Of a stretch of 64,000 bases of DNA, positions 52,427-62,100 are shown one piece after another. How positions within the stretch are numbered: position 1 is the first letter of the stretch; each line of letters opens with the position of its first letter. The DNA comes from a virus. Taxonomy: Duplodnaviria > Caudoviricetes. The stretch spans positions 1,580 through 65,579 of IMG/VR virus record IMGVR_UViG_3300017766_002535. One strand, written 5' to 3'. The notes beneath the pieces are model-generated. The model was given only the letters and a program-made list of their open reading frames with translations. It had not been told where the DNA came from and searched no databases. The position numbers and the translations under genes are program-made.

Positions 52427-53335
52427 GTGGCAATGACCTACACATCGCTGGTGGCGCCGAAAGGCACCACCGGCAGTATTGCGAACTGGGTCAACTACTC
52501 GAAGTTGGACCTCCCCGCTGTCGTCGACGAAGCGCAATCGCTGCTGTTCTCGCTGTTGCGCATTCGCGAGATGCGGAAGGAATGGACCTTCGGCATGGCC
52601 GTGGGCGAGGCGCAGATTGCGCTGCCGGCGCGCTTCCTCGACCCGATCGGCAGGCTCCATGACATCACCAACGGCATCCGTATGCCGCACCGGATCGAGA
52701 CCGATATTGTCGGCGCGCGGGTGTACGAGGCAACCTCCGGCGACTTCGCCGCGGATCCGTTCACCACGGTAAACGGCTCATCGAGCGTCGCGGTAGAGCT
52801 GGCCGCCCATGATCTTACCCAGGGCTCGACCCTTACGATTTTGCTCGCCACCGCCGTCGGCGGGCTGACGTTGAACGGCACCTTTCCGGTCACCAGCATC
52901 ACCGATGACGATAATCTCGTGATCGACGTGGACGAATTTGCCACATCCGGCGCGACCGGCGGCGGTGCGGCGGCGGAATACACCGCCAACAAGCTGATCT
53001 CGGGCTCGCCGTCGTCGTGGACGATCTTCGACGAACAGGTGAAATTCGATTGCGCGTTCGATACCGCGACGCAGTTCAAACAGCTTTATTTCCGCGCGCC
53101 GCTGCCGCTGGCCGCCACCACCAACGAATCGAACTGGCTGACCAGCCGCTATCCGAAGCTCATGCGCGTGGCCTGTTCGGCTTCCGCCGCGGATTACATG
53201 AAGGATGATGCGGAGTATCAGAAGCATCTCGCCTCGCTGACCGCACTGGTTCAGTCGACCAATGCCGAGAGCGATCTGACTTATCGCGGCGCCGAGTTCG
53301 GCACCGACACACCGACGCCGGGGGATTATTACTAA
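52427..53335 (+). CDS. Head-tail adaptor protein with an inserted beta module
   Basis: P22 gp4/T7 gp11-like position and N/C halves (LRIREM...ALPARFLDPI...; NWLTSRYPKL...A....M); 80-aa insert. Confidence 0.7.
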   Translation: MAMTYTSLVAPKGTTGSIANWVNYSKLDLPAVVDEAQSLLFSLLRIREMRKEWTFGMAVGEAQIALPARFLDPIGRLHDITNGIRMPHRIETDIVGARVYEATSGDFAADPFTTVNGSSSVAVELAAHDLTQGSTLTILLATAVGGLTLNGTFPVTSITDDDNLVIDVDEFATSGATGGGAAAEYTANKLISGSPSSWTIFDEQVKFDCAFDTATQFKQLYFRAPLPLAATTNESNWLTSRYPKLMRVACSASAADYMKDDAEYQKHLASLTALVQSTNAESDLTYRGAEFGTDTPTPGDYY

Positions 53336-54321
53336 TGGCCGCCGACACCAACACGCCAATCCTCAATTTGTTGCTGCAAGGCACCGGCAACAACGCGAAC
53401 TCCTGGGGCACCAACCTCAACGATAGCGTGATCACGCCGCTTGAAAATGCGGTAGCTGGTTGCTTGACCATTTCCGGGCTGACCGGCGGCGCCTACACGC
53501 TGACCCAGGCCAACGCGGTTTATGGCACCATCATCCTGACCGGCACGTTGGCCTCCGACCTCACCATCACGGCGCCGTCGACCGCGAATAACTGGCGGTT
53601 CATCAACAACCTGACGCACGCCGGATTCTATGTGCTGATCAAGGTGGCGGCGCAAACCGCCGTCAACATCCCGCACGGCAAGCTCACCGAGATTTCGTGC
53701 GACGGCACCAATATGCACCGCCACGATCGCGAGAACGTCGGCGAGTATTTCTACCATGCAGGCACCACCGTTCCCGGTGGCGCGCTCGAATGCAACGGGG
53801 CTACGCCACTCCGCGCCAGCGCGGTTGATCTGTTTGCCGAGATCGGTACCACCCACGGCATCGGCAACGGCGCCACCACCTTCACGTTGCCCGACGGCTT
53901 TACGCTCGGCAAGTTCCTGCGCTCGCGCACGGCGGCGGTCGCGGCCGGCACGGCACAGACCAACCAGAACGCGTCCCACACGCACACGTTCAGCGGCGCT
54001 CTGACTGCCGGGACGATGGCGATAGACAGCGGCGGTGCTCACACGCACACCGCGACCAGCACGGATTCGGGCCACACGCACAGCTATCAGTCGCCGAACT
54101 TGTCTCCCGGCGCCGGTCCATCGGGAACGGTTGTCGGATCGACCACCAGCGGCAACACGGGCTCCGGTACGGCCAACATCACCACCACGGTCAATTCCGG
54201 CGGCGCGCACACGCATACTATCAGCGGCGTCCCCGGCTTGGGCACGCTGGCAACGGTTTCGCAGGGTGGCACCGAGGCGCGGCCGGAGAACATCTCGGCC
54301 GTTCTATGTATTCGATATTGA
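53335..54321 (+). CDS. Tail fibre with phage tail-collar domain
   Basis: VGEYFYHAGTTVPGGALECNG...LFAEIGTTHG.GNGATTFTLPD...FLR; HTH repeats; EARPENISAVLCIRY. Confidence 0.85.
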   Translation: MAADTNTPILNLLLQGTGNNANSWGTNLNDSVITPLENAVAGCLTISGLTGGAYTLTQANAVYGTIILTGTLASDLTITAPSTANNWRFINNLTHAGFYVLIKVAAQTAVNIPHGKLTEISCDGTNMHRHDRENVGEYFYHAGTTVPGGALECNGATPLRASAVDLFAEIGTTHGIGNGATTFTLPDGFTLGKFLRSRTAAVAAGTAQTNQNASHTHTFSGALTAGTMAIDSGGAHTHTATSTDSGHTHSYQSPNLSPGAGPSGTVVGSTTSGNTGSGTANITTTVNSGGAHTHTISGVPGLGTLATVSQGGTEARPENISAVLCIRY

Positions 54322-54415
54322 GGGCTTCGTCGGTGCTGGGTGTCGACGGGGGGAGGGTGAGCCGCGCGTCATCGCCTGGAGGCATGGCGCGCGGTGAGCC
54401 TTACGGTGGTGACAA

Positions 54416-56203
54416 ATGGCAAAGCTGATCCCGCTTCCGATCACGCCGCCACCCGGAGTGGTGCTGACCGAATCCGGCCGCGTTGCCGAGGGGCGCTACA
54501 TCGCGTCGCAGAATGTCCGCTTTGTGAAGGGCCGTCCGCAGAAGATCGGTGGCAACGAGATCGCCACGGAAACGGCGGCATCGGGCCAGCTCCGATCCAT
54601 GCACGCATGGCGCGACAATAACCAGAACAATTATCTGGCTGGCGGGACCTATCGCAAGCTCTATGTCTACGACACGATTTGGGCGCAGAACGATGTCACG
54701 CCGTATCGCGACGAAGGTACGCTCGCCAACAATCCGCTGACCACCACCAACGGAAGCCCGATTGTCACGGTCGCCGATACCGGGCATGGCGTGATCACCG
54801 GCGATACCGCAATCTTGGCCGGAGCCACAGCGGTTGGAGGGATCACCCCGAACGGCACGTTTGTCGTTCTCGATGTGCCAAACGCCAATTCTTGGCGGTT
54901 CACATTCACGTCCAACGCGACTTCGGGAGCAACCGGCGGCGGCGCGGCTGTAACCTTCAAATACGAGGTTACCATCGGCGTTGAACTCGGTGCTTTCGGC
55001 TATGGCTACGGCATTGGTGGCTATGGTCTCGGCACCTACGGCACGGCGCGGACAGAATCGACGGTCTCCATCGAGCCGCGTATTTGGTCGCTAGACCACT
55101 TCGGCAAGCTCTTGATGGCGGCCTACAATGGCGGCTCGATCTACCTGTTCGACCCGACCGACGCGCAACCATGGGGCCGCGCGACGTTGATTTCGAGCGA
55201 TCCCGGCTTGCCCACCAACGTGCGCGCCATGTTCGTTACGCCGGAGCGGTTCATCTTTGCGCTGTGCGCCGACATGCAAGTGGCATGGTGCACCCAGGGC
55301 GACTACGAGGTTTGGACGCCGGCCACGGGCAACACCGCCAATATCCGCACACTGACCGAGGGCACCAAGCTGGTCAGCGGGCGGGTGCTTTCTGACTTCA
55401 TCTCGCTGGTGTGGACGGACGCTGCGCTCTATCGCTTCCAATACACTGGCGCCACCTATGTCTACAATTCGTCGATGGTGGCGAAGGATTGCGGCCTGCT
55501 CTCGCCGAATGGTGTCGTCACCGCGGGGGGTGTTGCTTACTGGATCGGGCAGGATACCTTCTGGATGTTCAACGGCTCAGTGGTGCCGATGCCGAACGTC
55601 GAGGATATCAGGAAGTATGTGTTTGATCTGATCGACATCAATTCCGGCTATCAGTGCAGCGCCATCTATTGGCCGCAGCACAACGAGGTGGCGTTCTTCA
55701 TCACGGTTGAAGGCGAGACCACGCCAACCATCGGCGTGCTGTTCTCGATCGAGAATCAATGCTGGGCGCCACTCGACTTTGGTCGCGTCTCCGGTACGCA
55801 CTTCACCCAGGGCGACACCCGACCATACATGGCCAAGTCGGACGGCTTCATCTACCAGCACGAGATCGGCTTCGACGATAACGGCGTGGCGCTGCCGTGG
55901 AGCCTGACGCTCGCGCCATATGCCCTCAGTGAGGGCGGCACCCACATGGACGTCGAGTACGTCATTCCTGATTTCAAGGATCAGATTGGCGACATCGAGA
56001 TGACGCTCGACACCTACGATTACCTCAACGATTCCACGTTCGAGGACACCGAGACGGAGACCGTCGTTCCGACCGATAGCGGCTCAATCGATTTCCGCGT
56101 GTCAGGTCGGTACATCGGCATGATGCTCGGCTGCACCTCGCTCGGTTGTTATTTCCGAATGGGCAAGCCGGTGGCGTGGATCAAGCCGAGCGGAGTCAGG
56201 TAA
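54416..56203 (+). CDS. Tail nozzle / DNA-stabilization protein (P22 gp10/T7 gp12-like beta-propeller)
   Basis: 595 aa; NVRFVKGRPQKIGG, WSLDHFG, F..LFALC...VAWC.Q.DY..W.P...NTA; same 80-aa insert as the adaptor. Confidence 0.8.
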   Translation: MAKLIPLPITPPPGVVLTESGRVAEGRYIASQNVRFVKGRPQKIGGNEIATETAASGQLRSMHAWRDNNQNNYLAGGTYRKLYVYDTIWAQNDVTPYRDEGTLANNPLTTTNGSPIVTVADTGHGVITGDTAILAGATAVGGITPNGTFVVLDVPNANSWRFTFTSNATSGATGGGAAVTFKYEVTIGVELGAFGYGYGIGGYGLGTYGTARTESTVSIEPRIWSLDHFGKLLMAAYNGGSIYLFDPTDAQPWGRATLISSDPGLPTNVRAMFVTPERFIFALCADMQVAWCTQGDYEVWTPATGNTANIRTLTEGTKLVSGRVLSDFISLVWTDAALYRFQYTGATYVYNSSMVAKDCGLLSPNGVVTAGGVAYWIGQDTFWMFNGSVVPMPNVEDIRKYVFDLIDINSGYQCSAIYWPQHNEVAFFITVEGETTPTIGVLFSIENQCWAPLDFGRVSGTHFTQGDTRPYMAKSDGFIYQHEIGFDDNGVALPWSLTLAPYALSEGGTHMDVEYVIPDFKDQIGDIEMTLDTYDYLNDSTFEDTETETVVPTDSGSIDFRVSGRYIGMMLGCTSLGCYFRMGKPVAWIKPSGVR

Positions 56204-56455
56204 ATGCGGAGCGTAAACATCTCGCCGCTGATCGGTCGGGTTAAAGACCTTGCGGCGTCCGAGGCGTTTCGAGAAATAGAACTCGCGTCAGCCGAGTTCA
56301 ATATTGTTGATATGGTGGCCTCGTTCGAGGTCACCGGGGTTTTCACAGAAACGAGGACACTCAATGTCGGGGTCTCGACACTCGCGGAGACGCAGGCGTT
56401 CATCGCCACACTCATCAACGATTTCAAGCGCGGCGGCGAATCCCGCTCCACTTAA
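56204..56455 (+). CDS. Small tail-associated protein
   Basis: 83 aa directly after the nozzle. Confidence 0.6.
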   Translation: MRSVNISPLIGRVKDLAASEAFREIELASAEFNIVDMVASFEVTGVFTETRTLNVGVSTLAETQAFIATLINDFKRGGESRST

Positions 56456-56480
56456 AGTCGTCGAGGCGCCGGCAGATCCG

Positions 56481-56921
56481 GTGATCACTGTTCGCTACGC
56501 CGAGACCGAGCAGGACATGACTGCGATCCATCGGTTCTTGCTTGTCGTGGCGCAGCCAGCGCTGCTGTGCCCGGTCAACATCGTCAAAAGCCTGGAGGAA
56601 GTCATCCGCGTGACCCGCGAGGAGGTCGCGCTGATGCTGATCCACAATGACGTCATGGTCGGGACCATGGGCATCATCAACCCGACGTGGTGGTACGGCG
56701 ACGCCGGGTTTTTGACGGATCGGTGGCATTTCGTGCTGCCGGCGTTCGACAACACCCCCGCCTCGGCGGCGCTGATGGCCGAGGCGGTCAGCATCGCCAA
56801 TCTGGCCGGGCTCCGGTTCATCCACCAGGGCCGCATTCGAGAGGGGAAAAAGGGTGTTTTGCGCATGATGCCGCGCGTCTACGGCGGCGACTCTGATACA
56901 GTGGAAAACGGAGGAAGCTGA
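56481..56921 (+). CDS. GNAT-fold protein in ejection cluster (start uncertain)
   Basis: ITVRYAETEQD..I...MVGTMGII...WWYG...FLTDRWHFVLP...AALMAEA..IA. Confidence 0.6.
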   Translation: MITVRYAETEQDMTAIHRFLLVVAQPALLCPVNIVKSLEEVIRVTREEVALMLIHNDVMVGTMGIINPTWWYGDAGFLTDRWHFVLPAFDNTPASAALMAEAVSIANLAGLRFIHQGRIREGKKGVLRMMPRVYGGDSDTVENGGS

Positions 56922-56922
56922 T

Positions 56923-57828
56923 ATGTGCTTCGGCTCGGAAGAAACCAATCGGAAGACGTCCACCTCGACCGCCGACCCGGCGGTGCGCAACGCTGCGGTC
57001 GGCAACCTCGACTTCGCGACGGCACTCCGCGACAAGGGGTTCCAGGGCTATAACGGCCAGCAGGTTGCGGGCTTCTCGCCCGACCAGCAGGCGTCGTTCG
57101 GCCTGACGAACGCGATTGTCGGCAACGGCACCGGCACCAAGGCGACCGGGCTGATCGACCAGTATTCCGCCGCCCCGGCTCAGAACGTCAACGCCAGCAC
57201 CATCCAGTCGGCGATGTCGCCCTACATGAACGAGTACGTCATGCGGGCGCTGGCGCCGCAGATGGCGCAGATGGACATCACCAACGCGAAGGACAACGCT
57301 GCGGTGAACTCGCAGGCGACGTCGAGCGGCGCGTTCGGTGACGCTCGCGCAGGCATCGAGGCGTCGAACACCCGGTTCAACCAGAACGTCCAGCGCGAAG
57401 GCGTGATCGGGCAAGCCTACGACAAGGCGTTCCAGACCGCGATCGGCGCGGGCGCGACCGACGTTTCCAACAACATGAACGCGCAGACGGCCAACGCCGG
57501 CTACAACGAGGCCGCGCTGGCGCGCGCGCTCGGCGGCTCGAACGCCTTGCAGGGATTGCAGAACCAACAGCTCGGCGTTGCCGGTGCTCAGAACGCCATG
57601 GGCGGTCAGCAGACCGCGCAGGATCAAGCCAACCTCACCGCTAACTACAACCAGTGGCTTATGGCGCAGCAGCAGCCGTATCAAGCCGCGGGGCTCGTGA
57701 ACTCGACCGTCAACGCGGGCGCGAACGCGATGCCGGCACAAAAGACCGAGGTATCCGAGGCGCCGAACAATTCCGGCTGGGGCGTGGCCGGCGCCGTCGG
57801 CGGCACGCTTCTCAGCGCATTCATTTAG
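56923..57828 (+). CDS. Ejection (DNA transfer) protein 1
   Basis: Gln/Asn/Ala-rich; SSGAFGDARAGI; TQ..NL.A.Y.QW; Gly-rich hydrophobic C-terminus. Confidence 0.75.
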   Translation: MCFGSEETNRKTSTSTADPAVRNAAVGNLDFATALRDKGFQGYNGQQVAGFSPDQQASFGLTNAIVGNGTGTKATGLIDQYSAAPAQNVNASTIQSAMSPYMNEYVMRALAPQMAQMDITNAKDNAAVNSQATSSGAFGDARAGIEASNTRFNQNVQREGVIGQAYDKAFQTAIGAGATDVSNNMNAQTANAGYNEAALARALGGSNALQGLQNQQLGVAGAQNAMGGQQTAQDQANLTANYNQWLMAQQQPYQAAGLVNSTVNAGANAMPAQKTEVSEAPNNSGWGVAGAVGGTLLSAFI

Positions 57829-57840
57829 GGGCACTGGGTC

Positions 57841-59175
57841 ATGGCTGGACTTTTCGACTGGTTGACGGGCGCGATGGGCGGCGGCGACATGAGCGGCGGC
57901 TTGCCGCCCGGCATGAGCCCTGGTGGCGGTCAGATGCCGGGCATGCCGCCGGTGCAGACGCTGGACACCGCGCCTGCGCCGATGCCGCCGCCGCCGATGC
58001 CGCCCGGCGTCGACCCGATGGGCGGACAAACCGGCATGGATATGCAGGTCGGTGCGCCGCCACTCCCGCCGCCGATGAGCCCGCCCGACGGTGGGTTTAT
58101 GTCGCCAGCACCGCCGCCGCCCGCGCTGCCGCCGCCCGACGGCGGCATGATGCCCATGCGCAACGCGCCGATCCCGCCGCCGGATGGTGGCATGATGTCG
58201 CCGAGCGGTCCCGTGCCGATGCCTGCACCGCGCCCGCCAGGGCTCGGCGGCGGTCCTGCCGCGATTCCTCCTGCGGTCGCACCGACCGGCGGCGCCGGGA
58301 TGCCCCCCGGCCCGCCGATGCAGCTTCCCGGGCCGACCGGCGCACCACCTCCCGACCAGGGCGGCAACGCGCTTACGCGCGCTCTCGGGCTCGATCCGAA
58401 CCGTGCTCGCGCGGCGATGGGCGGGCTCGGCGCCGGCCTCAAGGCCGCTGGCGAGAACTCGCACAAGCCGGGGCTGGCGGCGTTCTCCGGCGGCGCTGGC
58501 GCTGCGATCGAGGGCGGCCAGAAGACCGACGACAAGACCTTCGAGAAGCAGGACAAATATCTGCAGCGCGCGATCCAGGCTCAAAAGGAGGGCAACACCG
58601 CCGCCTACCAAACCAACTACCTGAAATATCAGATCGAGGCCGCCAAGGCGAAGCTCGAAGTCACCAAGGCCACCGCTGCAGCCGGCGGCAAGGGTAGCGT
58701 CGTCAACTCGCCCGAGCAGCTGTACCTGCGCGCGGTCGGCGCGACCAATCAGGACGCCAGCATCAAGATCAGCGCCAACACCGTCAAGGAGGCGCAGAAG
58801 CAGTTCGGTGCCGACAGCAAGGAAGCCAAGGCGGCGCTGGCTGCGCACGAGAAGCAGATCGAGACCGTGCGCAACGGTCATTTCCAGACGCTCGGCATCG
58901 ACCCGAAGTCGGTCAAGGGGCTGGAATCGAAGGAGGGCTTCTCCGATAAAAATCCGGTCAAGAACTTCCCGAAGGACCCGAAGGCGGCGCAGGCCGCGTT
59001 CGACGCGCTGCCGGATGGCGCCTACTTCATCAACCCGAAGGACGGAAGGCTGTTGACGAAGAAAAGCGCCGGTGGCGCGGCGGCGCCGAATCCGGCACAA
59101 CCAGCGGGCGCGCCGATGGGTCCGCCCATGCCCCCGTCGCTGAACCCGGTCCCCCAGCTCGAAGACGCGGAATAG
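57841..59175 (+). CDS. Ejection protein 2, Pro/Gly/Met-rich
   Basis: Low-complexity N-half (PPPDGG repeats), helical C-half; between ejection protein 1 and the giant protein. Confidence 0.7.
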   Translation: MAGLFDWLTGAMGGGDMSGGLPPGMSPGGGQMPGMPPVQTLDTAPAPMPPPPMPPGVDPMGGQTGMDMQVGAPPLPPPMSPPDGGFMSPAPPPPALPPPDGGMMPMRNAPIPPPDGGMMSPSGPVPMPAPRPPGLGGGPAAIPPAVAPTGGAGMPPGPPMQLPGPTGAPPPDQGGNALTRALGLDPNRARAAMGGLGAGLKAAGENSHKPGLAAFSGGAGAAIEGGQKTDDKTFEKQDKYLQRAIQAQKEGNTAAYQTNYLKYQIEAAKAKLEVTKATAAAGGKGSVVNSPEQLYLRAVGATNQDASIKISANTVKEAQKQFGADSKEAKAALAAHEKQIETVRNGHFQTLGIDPKSVKGLESKEGFSDKNPVKNFPKDPKAAQAAFDALPDGAYFINPKDGRLLTKKSAGGAAAPNPAQPAGAPMGPPMPPSLNPVPQLEDAE

Positions 59176-59181
59176 CAGCCG

Positions 59182-62100
59182 ATGGCGTTTGAAGACTCGC
59201 TCATCGGCAACGGCGACGATTTCGACCCGCACGCGGCCACGGAAAGCCTGATCCGTCAGGTGACGCCCGAGCCGCTGCCCGGTGGTTCGCTGGATCCGCG
59301 CATGCTCAACACGCGGCTGGCGCGCAAGCTCGGCAGGCCGACACCAGTTGAGCCGATGCCGTCGGTCGCAGAACCGGGACATCTCGAGCAGCAAACCCCC
59401 GATTTTAGCGCCCAGGCGATCGAGCCTGCCGCGGCGATCAGCACCGATGCGGATTTCAGCGGTCAGGCGGTCGAGCCGCCGATGATCGGCCCGGAAGCGC
59501 CGCCTGCCACGAACAACCCGAGCCCATCCTACGCGGTCGAGTTCGGCAAGGGTGTAGCCGAGGGCGGCAAGAACATGGGTGCAGCCGCGCTCAAAGGTGT
59601 GGCCGCCGTCGGCATCCCGACCGTCGCCGCACCGGAATTGCTCGACGAGCTCCAAAACCTCAAGGACAAAACCCCGGCCCAGCTCGCGAAGCTGCAGGGC
59701 CGGGTGCTGCGCGATGTCAGCGACCGCGGCCTGCAGATGGACTATATCGCGGCTCTTCGACGGATTTCGCAGGGTGCGGACCCGAAAGCCGAGGTTGAGA
59801 CCCTAAAACCCAAGTTCGAGGCCAACAACAAGCGCGCGACCGAGCCCGTCGCCGACAAGCCTCTCTTCAAGGCCGGTCAGGCCGTCGAGGAGTTCGGCAA
59901 GGAGACCTTGAAGGCCGCGCCAGGGTTCGAGGGATCGTGGACCCGCGACATCGGCTCCGGTGCTGGCTCGATGGCCGCCGGCATTGCGCTCTCGATGGTC
60001 CCGGGCATCGGCCCGGCCGCCGCCGGAACACTGTTCACCGCTGCGGGCATGGGCGAGGCGGCAGATCGCGCCGTCAAGGGCGGTGCCACGCCGGAGCAGA
60101 CCCGGTTGGCCGCCAAGCTCGGCGGCGTCGCCGGCGCTACCGACCTCGTGGATGCGCTGATCCCGATGCTCGGCGGGACCGGCAAGGCGCTCGGCTTCAT
60201 CAAGCGCATGGGCGTCGCCGCAGTGAAGGGCGCGCTGATGGAGGGCGGCCAGGAGGGCCTGCAGCAGCTCGCGCAGAACGCGATTGCGAAGGGCATCTAC
60301 AAGCCCGATCAGGATCTATTTGAAGACGTGCCGCGCTCGATGGCGATTGCCGCCATCTTGGGCGGTGCCGGAGGCGGCATCAGCGGTGCTGCGTCTCGCG
60401 ACCGGCAGGATGCCCCCGCCGGCATTGCGCCACCGCCCGGTGGCGGCGCGGCTCCCGGCCCCAGCGGCGATCCCGCTGGCGGCCCCTCATCCCCCGACGA
60501 CATCGCCGATTTCGTTCGGCGCGCGCGCGAGAGCGCACCACCGCCCGAGGGCGAGAACACGCGAGCGAGTGGCGCCGACACGCGATCGAGTGCCCCCGAT
60601 CCGGCCTCCATGTCGGAGGCCGAGCGTCAGCGCGCCTACACGGCGTCGCGCGAATCGCACGGCGGCGCGTCCGAAACCGAGATCCTCAAGGCCGCCGGGC
60701 TCGACCCGGCCGCGATGGACGAACAGGAGCGGATTGACGCGGTAATCCGGGCCACCAAGGGCGCGGGTAGCCAGAAGCCAGCCGGCGACCCAGCCGCAGA
60801 GCAGCCGGCGGCTGGCCCACGGCAGGAGGCCCCGGAAACCGAGGGTTCCCACCTCCGGTATGCCACCCTGCGGGAGGCTGGCTATTCCGACGAGGATATC
60901 GACAATATGTCGGCGTCGCAGCGGAAAGCCGAGTTCAACGATGCCATCGCTGCCGGGATCAAGCCCGGCGCGGCGATGACGAAGCACAAGAAGCGGGCAC
61001 CGAAAGCGGCCGAGACTGCGCCAGAGCAGCCTGCAAGCAGTCCGGAGCGCCCGGTCGACACCGGCATGGGTTTCGGCAACCTGGGCAACGCCGGCAAGGA
61101 CATCGGTGACAGCCTGCGCGATCATCTATGGTCCCGCGCCGAGGCCGGAGAGGTCACCGAATCGTCAACCGGCGGCCCGAGCGCGTTGCTGCAGGGCGCG
61201 AAGATGGTGCGTGAGCGCGGCGGCCTGAAAACCCGCGACGAGTTCGTGGCCTACGCCGAGGAACAATCGAAACTTACGCCGGGATCGCCGACCTTCCAGC
61301 AGGACATGCGCGCCCTGGTCGAGAAGCACTCGAAGAACGACACCGGCCAGAACGTGCCGGAGAGCCGCGCCACGCTCAAGGCGCAGCAAAACCAGCTGAT
61401 CGCCGGCGAGCGCGCCGCGCAGATGTTCCCGAAGGGCACGCGCGAGATGCCGCTGCCGCCCGGCATGGAGCGCGTCGAGACCGAGCGCGGGATTTTCCAC
61501 TTCGACCCGAAGAAGACCACCGCCAAGAAGATCACCGAGGCCAGCGCTGCAGGCCGCGAGAACGAATTGCTCGGGCTCGGCTCCTTCTCCAAGGCTGACA
61601 TTGAGCAGCGCCAGGGCGAGCGGAACGTCACGATCGTCGAGCGCACGCCGGACGGCACCGAGGTGCGCGCCGCCGTTGGCACGGAATCCACCGCGGATCA
61701 GCAGCGCGCCGAAATGGAGAGGGGCAAGAGCCCCGGCAACACCGTGTCGTTCGAGACCGCCGAGCAGACGCTCGACGGCCGCAAGCCGAAGGGCACGCGC
61801 GCCGATCCGATTGAGATCAAGAGCGCCGCCGACGTCGACGCGGTAGCGAAGCCCGCCACCAACGAGCACACGCATGCGCAGGGTGAGGCGAACAATCGCC
61901 AGCTCGGCCACGGCAAATGGAACGGCCTGCCAATCTCGATTGAGGTCGCGCCCGGCGGCGTCCGCAAGATGGTCAACCCGGAGACCGGCGAGAACGTCGA
62001 GGTCACGCACGGCGGCGCGGCCTACGGCTATTTCCCGGGCACCGTCGGTGCCGATGGGATGCACGTCGACCTGTACCTGGGCAACGCGCCCGACAGCCCG

